DNA from: Phycisphaeraceae bacterium
GTDB lineage: Bacteria; Planctomycetota; Phycisphaerae; Phycisphaerales; Zrk34
Direction of reading: 5' to 3'
Assembly: GCA_028281485.1 (NCBI GenBank)
Contig: JANQJT010000342.1
Coordinates: forward strand, 1 to 43,863
DNA: 43,863 nt
Shown here: in pieces, positions 37,039 to 43,863 of the stretch
Numbering within the stretch: the first letter of the stretch is position 1
Layout of the letters: every line of letters begins with the position of its first letter
Made by a program: the position numbers and the translations under genes
Notes under the pieces: generated by a model
Database searches by the model: none
What the model saw: the letters and a program-made list of their open reading frames with translations, nothing else
Told to the model about the DNA's origin: nothing

Positions 37039-37198
37039 GGTCCCTCATGTCGGGTCGCACCCCGCACCGGCTGGCTGAGGACGGAACCAACCGGTGCGGG
37101 CATGCATTCAGCGGTTTGCAAATCCGCCTATCCCTTTGCTGTTCATGTCGTTTCGTCTATTGGTTTCCTTAGGATCAACCTGCCCTTATCCTCTAGTG

Positions 37199-38053
37199 AT
37201 GTTTGGATCACACTTATCCATCGCGGGTGGTATGTACAACGCGTTGCTGGAAGCAGAGCGCCTGGAGATGGACTGCGTCCAGGTCTTCACCAAGAACCAG
37301 CGCCAATGGGCAGCGCCGCCGCTCAAAAAAGACGACATCGCCCTGTGGCACGAACACCGCCAGTCCACCGGCATCCAACACGTCGTCAGCCACGACTCCT
37401 ACCTCATCAACCTCGCCTCACCCAAGCGCGACGTGCGTGAGAAATCCATCAAGCTCTACATCGACGAGATCGAGCGCTGCGAGGTCCTCGACATCCCGCA
37501 CCTGGTCATGCACCCCGGCGCACACCTGGGCATTGGTGAAGAAAAGGGCCTGGACCGCATCGTCAAGGCGTTCGATCGCATACACCAAAAACTGCCGGAC
37601 TACCGCACCCTCACCTGCCTGGAGATCACCGCCGGCCAGGGCACCACGCTCGGCTACACCCTCGAACACCTGCAATTCATCATCGAGAACGTGGATGAGC
37701 CCGACCGCATGGCCGTGTGCATCGACACCGCCCACGCGCTGGCCGCGGGCTACGACTTGACCGGCGCTGCGGGCGCACGCGGCTTCCTCAAACAGATCGA
37801 CGCCACCATCGGCCGCGATCGCGTCAAGGTCTTGCACGTCAACGACAGCAAGGTCGAACGCGGCAAACGCGTCGATCGTCACGAACACATCGGCCACGGC
37901 TACGTCGATCGCGAAGCGTTCGCCGTCCTCTGCCGCGCCTTCAAGTCGATCCCCAAGATCCTCGAAACCCCCAAAGCCGAAGCGCCCGACGGCCGACCGT
38001 GGGACACGGTCAACATCGAGACGCTACAGGAACTGATGAAGACCAAGCGCTAA
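37199..38053 (+). CDS. nfo: Endonuclease IV (AP endonuclease)
   Basis: GSHLSIAGG, QVFTKNQRQW, HDSYLINL, HPG, LEITAGQG, CIDTAH, HVNDSK, DRHEHIG, ILETP. Confidence 0.95.
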   Translation: MFGSHLSIAGGMYNALLEAERLEMDCVQVFTKNQRQWAAPPLKKDDIALWHEHRQSTGIQHVVSHDSYLINLASPKRDVREKSIKLYIDEIERCEVLDIPHLVMHPGAHLGIGEEKGLDRIVKAFDRIHQKLPDYRTLTCLEITAGQGTTLGYTLEHLQFIIENVDEPDRMAVCIDTAHALAAGYDLTGAAGARGFLKQIDATIGRDRVKVLHVNDSKVERGKRVDRHEHIGHGYVDREAFAVLCRAFKSIPKILETPKAEAPDGRPWDTVNIETLQELMKTKR

Positions 38054-38055
38054 GC

Positions 38056-38484
38056 CTATTGCCGCTGCGGAATCCACCGCTCCCGAATCCCCGCGAACAT
38101 CGCGTCCCACTCCGCCAGCTGCCGCTCATCGAGGATCGCCCGGATGTCCCGGTCGATGTTGTCCAGCAACACGTTCGCACCCCACGTCACCCCGCGCTCC
38201 ACCTGTTTGTATTGATCGATTCGGTTCTCGAAGACCTTGTACACAAGGTCCGATTGCTCGTCGGTCAGGCTCAGCCTTTCCTGGAGCAGCTGCGTGATCG
38301 GCTCGGGCAGCCGTTCGGGCTGGTGAACGTACTGGTTCACGCGATCGATGATGATCTGTTTGGCGGTCAGTGCGCCGGCAATGAAGCTCACCGCGGTTGC
38401 GGTGAGCAACACGACGGACCAGAGCACGTTGCCGCGTGAGAATATCCGCGGCCCGGGTGGAGGGGTGTCATTCATGGGCACCAT
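38056..38484 (-). CDS. Hypothetical membrane-anchored helical protein (Spy/CpxP-like heavy-metal-sensor type)
   Basis: TM (SFIAGA), LSLTDEQ and IRAILDERQ motifs; SD GGGGAG. Confidence 0.6.
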   Translation of the reverse strand: MVPMNDTPPPGPRIFSRGNVLWSVVLLTATAVSFIAGALTAKQIIIDRVNQYVHQPERLPEPITQLLQERLSLTDEQSDLVYKVFENRIDQYKQVERGVTWGANVLLDNIDRDIRAILDERQLAEWDAMFAGIRERWIPQRQ

Positions 38485-38535
38485 GATAGACACTCCCCGG
38501 TGCGTTCTGTTGTAAGAAAAGGTAAGGTGAAGCAC

Positions 38536-39240
38536 ATGAATCTGACCGCAGGGGAAAACCGGGGTCGATCCGCCTTGGCGCTGGCGCTGCTGGTGCCCGT
38601 CGCGTCGATCGGGGCGTGGTGTTACTTCTTTGCCGCACCCGGCGAGGCGTGGTCGATGGCCGCGTACTGGGCCGCGAAGGCCTGGCTGTGGGTCCTGCCT
38701 GTTGTTTGGCTGGTGTGGTTGGAACGCACGCGGCCGCGCATCCCGAAGCTAAAACGTGAAGGTATGGCCGCGGGGGTGGTCACGGGCGTGGCGATCTGCG
38801 CCGTCATCTTGGGCGCCTACTACGGCCTGGCGGTAGACTGGATCGAAGACAAACAGCCCGTCGCCGACACGATCACGCAGCGCCTCAGCTCCCCGCTGGT
38901 GTTCTGGGGCTTTGGCGGATTCGTCATCCTGCTCAACAGCCTGCTGGAAGAATACGTCTGGCGATGGTTTGTCACGACGCGCTGCGAGGCGTTGCTGCGT
39001 TGGCGCTGGCCGGCCGTGTTTTTGGCCGCCGCCTGTTTTACCGCGCATCACGTGCTCGCACTCGACGCCTACTTCGAGTTGCGCATCGTCGTGCTCGGTT
39101 CGCTGGGCGTGTTCATCGGTGGCGTGACGTGGTCCTGGCTGTACGCGCGTTACCGCAACATCTACGCCGCCTACGTCAGCCACATCTTCGCCGACATCGC
39201 CATCTTCATCATCGGTCACGACCTGGCGTTCGGCTGGTGA
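38536..39240 (+). CDS. CPBP (CAAX/Abi) family intramembrane glutamic protease
   Basis: EEYVWR, FTAHH and HIFAD motifs in a multi-TM protein. Confidence 0.88.
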   Translation: MNLTAGENRGRSALALALLVPVASIGAWCYFFAAPGEAWSMAAYWAAKAWLWVLPVVWLVWLERTRPRIPKLKREGMAAGVVTGVAICAVILGAYYGLAVDWIEDKQPVADTITQRLSSPLVFWGFGGFVILLNSLLEEYVWRWFVTTRCEALLRWRWPAVFLAAACFTAHHVLALDAYFELRIVVLGSLGVFIGGVTWSWLYARYRNIYAAYVSHIFADIAIFIIGHDLAFGW

Positions 39241-39244
39241 TCCC

Positions 39245-39272
39245 AAAGAAAAACCCGCCACAGTGGGCGGGT
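39245..39272 (-). terminator. Intrinsic terminator of the PEP-CTERM-like gene
   Basis: ACCCGCC-N6-GGCGGGT stem with an A-run on the left (U-tract on the minus strand). Confidence 0.7.
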
Positions 39273-39298
39273 CTGTAGAGAGTCGCGTTGTGTGTCGC

Positions 39299-40180
39299 TT
39301 AGACGTTCTCGACGGTTTGCGGGCGGCGACGCACGCCGTAGCCCACACCCAGCACCGACAGCATCATCATGCCGGTCCACATCCCGCGGGGCATCGGCAC
39401 GACCGGCGGAGGCGGCACCGGTGTGGTGTACACCAGGTTGTCGACCGCACCCGATCCGCCCAAGCCGATCTCGACACGCGAGAAGCCGCTGATCACACCG
39501 TCGAGCCCGAGGCTCGCCAGCGTGAACGGGACCACGCGGTTGGCGGAGTTGTTACCGAACTGGATCGAAGAATCGTAGTAGGGCGACGAGTTGTCGATCA
39601 GCTCGTTGAAGCCGACCACCGCCAAAGGCGTCGCGCTGGAGTCCGTGAAGAACGAAGCAAAGAAGCCGGTGGGATTCGGGTTGCTCGGTTCCCAGATTTC
39701 AGCCGGCCCTTCGACGTCGATCAGGTCGAAACCGAACGAATCGATCGGCGTGCCGAAATCGAAGATCAGCTTGCCCGCCGGACGCGACCCCTCGTCGTCC
39801 GGGTTGGGCACGATGTCGCCGGGGCTGAACGAGGTTCCGGATTCCTCGATGTAAAGCATGCGACCCAGCTGAACGTTGTCGGCGTCGACCGCCAGGTTTC
39901 CGCCGTTCCAGGGCGGACCGATCAGGTCACTGTCGGTGGTTGAACCGGTGAACCCGGAATCAAACAGCGCCGCGGTGTGCGGAGCGCCGGTGTAGTTAAT
40001 GACGTCAATGGAGAGCTCGAACGGCGCCACGTCCCACTGGTCGGCGACGACCAGGCCGTGCACGGTGGCCGTTGAATCCGGCAGTGTGTCGAAGGTCACG
40101 GTATGTGTCGCCGCATGAGTTTGTGACGCAACTAGGGCGATACCCGCCAGGGTCCATAGCGATTGTTTGATTCGGTTCAT
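39299..40180 (-). CDS. Exported protein with PEP-CTERM/VPLPA-CTERM-like C-terminal sorting signal
   Basis: Signal peptide MNRIKQSLWTLAGIALVASQTHA; Asp/Gly/Ser-rich body; ends PVPPPPVVPMPRGMW-TM-RRR. True start is probably ATG 40180, not 40624. Confidence 0.82.
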   Translation of the reverse strand: MNRIKQSLWTLAGIALVASQTHAATHTVTFDTLPDSTATVHGLVVADQWDVAPFELSIDVINYTGAPHTAALFDSGFTGSTTDSDLIGPPWNGGNLAVDADNVQLGRMLYIEESGTSFSPGDIVPNPDDEGSRPAGKLIFDFGTPIDSFGFDLIDVEGPAEIWEPSNPNPTGFFASFFTDSSATPLAVVGFNELIDNSSPYYDSSIQFGNNSANRVVPFTLASLGLDGVISGFSRVEIGLGGSGAVDNLVYTTPVPPPPVVPMPRGMWTGMMMLSVLGVGYGVRRRPQTVENV

Positions 40181-40259
40181 CTTTCCGTCGCTCCCAACGG
40201 TCCGTACCACAACTTCAAGGCTCCCGGTTCTCTGAGCTATTAAGTCTACCATGCAAATA

Positions 40260-40274
40260 ACAAAATGAGTGCCA
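40260..40274 (-). promoter_or_regulatory. Possible sigma-54 promoter of the PEP-CTERM-like gene
   Basis: Minus strand TGGCACT-CATT-TTGT: correct spacing, but the -12 GC is GT; AT-rich context. Confidence 0.45.
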
Positions 40275-40478
40275 AAATTCCTTTGCATTGTGTTATTTCC
40301 CCCCGGATCGGGCTCCAATAACCCGTTTTTGGGTAAATAGATAAACATGAGGTGGGCACTAATGACCCAGCGCAGCGTCTTTAAGTTGGCCTTGGCTCGA
40401 TCAATAGGCACGGTACCGCGGGCGTGACGCGGCCTGGAAGCCTGACATCCAACCGCATACCCCTCAGGAGATCGCTCC

Positions 40479-41495
40479 ATGCCCCGCATTTCTCGATTCT
40501 GGTACCTAGTGCCCGTTACCGTATTGATCGCCGTCGGATCCTTCGTTTGGGCACGCTCGGTTGCTCCGACATGGACCGGCCCCGCCTTCGGTCCCGACTT
40601 CTCAAGCCACTGGCACGACGGCAACGCCGAGATCGCAGGCTACGAGCTGACCTACCCCCGATACGGCCAACTGCGGTCCGGCACGGCCGTAGCCATCTTC
40701 GTCAGTGAACCACACCAGCCTTCGACCGGCATCAAGCCCGAGCGTCCCGCCGCCGACAGCGTCCCCGCCTTCAAGCTCAACCTCGTCGAAGACTTCCCAA
40801 CGGGCATTTACGACTACAACATGATGACCAGCGCCTTTGTCTCCACCCAGCCGGTCGCCGGCCGACCTGCCGGTTCGATCCTCAAGACGTCGTTCAGCGC
40901 AGCCGAGTGGTGCGGCCATGCCTATCAACAGGTCCGCTTCGGTTCCGATGCGGCTCACCTGGTCAGTCACAGCTACTTCGAGGGGGAAGCCGACACCGAT
41001 CGAAGCGAGGCCTACCCCGCGCACGGCATCGCCGAGGACGCGTTGCTGCTATGGGCGCGCGGGTTGGCGGGGCCGCCGCTCGAACCCGGCGCTTCGATCA
41101 ACCTGCCCATCCTGCGTGCCTCGGCGCTGGCGCGCCTGACGCATCTTCCCGTCGCGTGGGACACCGCCGCGCTCAAACGCGCCGCATCTCCGCAGACCGT
41201 CACCGTGCCGGCCGGCACCTTTCAGGTCGATGTCTACACCGCCAAGGTCACCATGGACGCCACCCGTCACACCTACCCCATCCCTGGAAGATCATCCCCA
41301 CGTTCGACCCGCACGTGGACCTTCTACGTCGAGTCGGCCCATCCCCACCGTGTGATCAAGTGGGAGCGTAGCGACGGGATCAACGCCGAGTTGATGGGTG
41401 ACAAACGACTGCCGTACTGGTCGCTCAACGCCAACGCGCACGAGAAGCTTCTGACCGAGATCGGCCTGTCGCCGCGCCCGTCGCGCACGCCCTGA
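40479..41495 (+). CDS. Conserved hypothetical exported protein
   Basis: SD AGGAG; N-terminal TM/signal; HWHDGNAEIAGY..RYG..R.G.AVAIFVSE, KLN, TGIYDY, EWCGH motifs typical of a widespread uncharacterised family. Confidence 0.75.
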   Translation: MPRISRFWYLVPVTVLIAVGSFVWARSVAPTWTGPAFGPDFSSHWHDGNAEIAGYELTYPRYGQLRSGTAVAIFVSEPHQPSTGIKPERPAADSVPAFKLNLVEDFPTGIYDYNMMTSAFVSTQPVAGRPAGSILKTSFSAAEWCGHAYQQVRFGSDAAHLVSHSYFEGEADTDRSEAYPAHGIAEDALLLWARGLAGPPLEPGASINLPILRASALARLTHLPVAWDTAALKRAASPQTVTVPAGTFQVDVYTAKVTMDATRHTYPIPGRSSPRSTRTWTFYVESAHPHRVIKWERSDGINAELMGDKRLPYWSLNANAHEKLLTEIGLSPRPSRTP

Positions 41496-41506
41496 TCTGC
41501 GGTACG

Positions 41507-42016
41507 ATGGAGGCTATGCATCCCGCTGCGCTGGACATCGATGATCTGCTCAAGCGCTGCCGCGTCGAACGCGGCCGCGCCTCGGGGCCCGGCGGTCAAC
41601 ACCGCAACAAGGTCGAGACCGCCATCACGATCACGCACACGCCCACACGAATCTCCGCGTCTGCTTCCGAACGACGCAGTCAGGAGCAGAACCGAACCAA
41701 CGCGATCTTCCGTCTTCGGATCAAGCTCGCTATCGACCACCGTCAGCCCGTCGATCCCGACGCGGCGCCCTCCGATCTGTGGTCGTCGCGTTGCCGCGGC
41801 GGTGCGATCTCGGTGAGCCCAAAACACGACGACTACCCCGCGCTGTTGGCCGAGGCGATGGACGTATTGGCTGAACACGATTGGCAGCCGCCCAGCGTCA
41901 CCGACTTACTGGGTTGCACCGCTTCGCAGCTGATCAAGCTGCTCAAGGGTGATCCCGGGGCGCTGCGGCGCGTCAATGAGTGCCGCGCTTCGCTCGGCCT
42001 GGGTCGGCTGCGATAA
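41507..42016 (+). CDS. Peptide chain release factor-like protein (RF-1 GGQ domain)
   Basis: RASGPGGQHRNKVETAI, ERRSQEQNR; short protein with no codon-recognition domain. Confidence 0.85.
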   Translation: MEAMHPAALDIDDLLKRCRVERGRASGPGGQHRNKVETAITITHTPTRISASASERRSQEQNRTNAIFRLRIKLAIDHRQPVDPDAAPSDLWSSRCRGGAISVSPKHDDYPALLAEAMDVLAEHDWQPPSVTDLLGCTASQLIKLLKGDPGALRRVNECRASLGLGRLR

Positions 42017-42074
42017 TCGCACAAATACCACCATGATTCGTGAACGGGGGATCGATTGGAAAGGGAAGGTCGCG

Positions 42075-43691
42075 TTACTCGACGGTCTCGGTTTCAACCG
42101 GCGGGGCTTCCGTGAGCACGCGGAGCTGGTCGACCTCGGTCGTGGACATGAACAGCGTGATCGTGCGGCGATCCTCGCTGAGCGTAATCTCGTCGCTGTC
42201 GGTGTGGCCGTTGCCGGTGTCCAAGCCGCGGTAGTGCTGACCGGTCGGCATGATCACGTCCGGGTTGCCGAACAGCGCATCGCTGGTGTCCAGCGCGTTG
42301 GTGCCGACGATCAAGCCCACGATCGGCCGGGGGAACCGCAGCGTGCAATGGGTCGTCTGCGGGTTGTTGCCCTCGTAGGGCTCGCCGTTGATGTCGGCGA
42401 TGTCCAGGTGCACTAGGTAGCTGGTGACGTCCTGGCCGCTCTCGACGCGGCCGGCGCGGCTGTACATGTCACGCCCGCGGTACCAGCCGGGCTCCGAGAT
42501 CAGTCGCGTCAGCGTCTGATCCACGGTGACGCGCTGCTGTTCCATGAAGATGATCGGCTGATTGGTCAGCAGGCCGTCCTCGTAGCGGTGCACGCTGGCC
42601 GGTGCGTGGTTCTGGTAAATCGCGTGGCCCCGGGTGACGGTGACGTGATCCACCGCGTCACGCATGTCACGGACGTACAGGTGGAACGTCGGCACGGGCT
42701 CGATCACCGTCGACAGCACCGTCTGCGCGCTGACGCGTGACTGCTGCTCAGCGACCAGCGTCGTCGAACGACCCAGCGAACCGGTCTCCGTCATCTCATA
42801 GAGCTCGATCTTGCCGTCGAACACCGTCGCGCGCGTCGCGCCGTTCTCCGCGACCTCCACGCCGAACTCCGTGCCCAGGTCGACCACCTTCGCGGTCGGC
42901 GTGTTCACCGTGAAGCGATACGCCTCGGTCGGCACGTACGCCACGAGCTTGCCGCGATGCAGCATCAGCGTGTTGTTGTCCTCAAGCTCGGCCTGGAACG
43001 GCGCCTCGAAGATCACCTTCGCGCCGCGATCCATCACCACTTCCACAAATCCGCTCTCGGCCTGCAGTTCGCCCCTGCGCAGCGTTCCGTTCTCGACGAC
43101 CGGCTCGTTCTCTTCGACCCACTGCACGTGCTGCGTATCCAACAGCTTGGCCACGATCGGCGGCTGCGGCTTGAGCATGTCCTTCAGCTCGGGGGCCAGC
43201 ACGATGCCCAGCGTGATCGCCATCAGCACCATCGCTGCCAACGCCAAGTGACGCAGACCGAAGCCCTTGCGGGTCTGGTAGACCTGCACACCGGCAAAGC
43301 CGAACAGCAGCTCGCTGTCCTCCGCTTCTTCTTCCTCCGGCTGCGGCGCCATGTGGCCCGGCGACATCAGGCGACAGGTCTCCACCGGGTCGGCCAGCTC
43401 GTAACCGACGGGGATGTCGGCCTCGGCGTCCGGCTCACTCGGGCCCAGCAGCGACTCCAGCAGCGCGTCCTCCGCGATCGCCCCGCTGCGCTCGATGCGC
43501 TGCACGCACTGCACAAGGCTCGTCAACGCCACGAAGGCGTCGCGCTTGTGCGCGTCGTGCATCAGCTCCAGGCTGAACGCGTCAAACTCATCGATCTCCA
43601 TCTCGCCGTCGAGATAGCGCACCACGCGCTCGACGAACGCGTTGTCCTCCATCTCACGCAGGCGTTGATAGGGATCGGACTTGGGGGACAT
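42075..43691 (-). CDS. FecR-domain anti-sigma factor
   Basis: N-terminal RYLDG anti-sigma helix, TM, FecR motif FTVNTPTAKVVDLGTEFGVEV...VFDGKIEL. Confidence 0.88.
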   Translation of the reverse strand: MSPKSDPYQRLREMEDNAFVERVVRYLDGEMEIDEFDAFSLELMHDAHKRDAFVALTSLVQCVQRIERSGAIAEDALLESLLGPSEPDAEADIPVGYELADPVETCRLMSPGHMAPQPEEEEAEDSELLFGFAGVQVYQTRKGFGLRHLALAAMVLMAITLGIVLAPELKDMLKPQPPIVAKLLDTQHVQWVEENEPVVENGTLRRGELQAESGFVEVVMDRGAKVIFEAPFQAELEDNNTLMLHRGKLVAYVPTEAYRFTVNTPTAKVVDLGTEFGVEVAENGATRATVFDGKIELYEMTETGSLGRSTTLVAEQQSRVSAQTVLSTVIEPVPTFHLYVRDMRDAVDHVTVTRGHAIYQNHAPASVHRYEDGLLTNQPIIFMEQQRVTVDQTLTRLISEPGWYRGRDMYSRAGRVESGQDVTSYLVHLDIADINGEPYEGNNPQTTHCTLRFPRPIVGLIVGTNALDTSDALFGNPDVIMPTGQHYRGLDTGNGHTDSDEITLSEDRRTITLFMSTTEVDQLRVLTEAPPVETETVE

Positions 43692-43863
43692 TTAGCTGAC
43701 GCCTCCTTCGGCATCGTTCATTTGCCGCTGCATGCACTCGGCCAAGCGCCGGTGGATGCGGCTCATTGTCTGTTGCACGGCCGCGCGGCTGCGACCCAGT
43801 TCCTCGGCCAGGCGCTCGCCCTTGATCCCCTTGCCGTAGCGCAGCATCAGGGCGTCGCGAGAG
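43692..43863 (-). CDS. Partial ECF sigma-70 factor (3' end, region 4), planctomycete/verrucomicrobial type
   Basis: Not in the ORF track. Reads SRDALMLRYGKGIKGERLAEELGRSRAAVQQTMSRIHRRLAECMQRQMNDAEGGVS*; its TAA abuts the FecR ATG. Confidence 0.82.
   Translation of the reverse strand, partial: SRDALMLRYGKGIKGERLAEELGRSRAAVQQTMSRIHRRLAECMQRQMNDAEGGVS

Noticed and set aside
35462..37096. AACCGGTG as a proven target-site duplication
   Set aside because: Only 8 bp, and AACCGGT also occurs elsewhere (e.g. 2450, 4757). Kept only as a hint.
40181..40624. N-terminal extension of the 441-aa ORF
   Set aside because: Overlaps the divergent gene and the promoter region; the signal peptide begins at Met 40180.
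1..43863. CRISPR arrays, tRNA/rRNA genes, IS transposases, prophage genes
   Set aside because: None recognisable by eye; intergenic gaps are short and lack regularly spaced repeats.

Overview
High-GC bacterial chromosomal segment, most likely Planctomycetota (probably Phycisphaerae). That assignment is an inference from a prepilin with a C-terminal H...DG motif, a PEP-CTERM-like protein, a VWA-ExbB-ExbD-ExbD-TPR block and an ECF sigma/FecR pair. Recognisable housekeeping genes are purU, nadA, dnaK, pheS, nfo and a sigma-70 factor. No rRNA, tRNA or CRISPR array was seen. The most striking region is a ~19 kb membrane/envelope locus (16.8-35.5 kb). It holds an atypical P1B-type ATPase, a divergent ABC-2 permease and a tightly coupled operon of three SPFH (HflK/HflC-like) proteins with no ftsH. 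That operon continues with an ABC ATPase, a permease and a 763-aa protein, which together resemble a PilG/PilH/PilI-type module. A VWA/ExbB/ExbD/ExbD/TPR motor operon follows. A second, paralogous ABC module sits next to a prepilin and a GspF/PilC-like fragment. Other points: a sigma-54 promoter with a candidate enhancer upstream of dnaK, a small low-GC islet (UDG-family gene plus atypical serine recombinase) just before nfo, and a CPBP protease facing a C-terminal-sorting-signal protein. All family calls come from motifs read by eye; no database searches were run.
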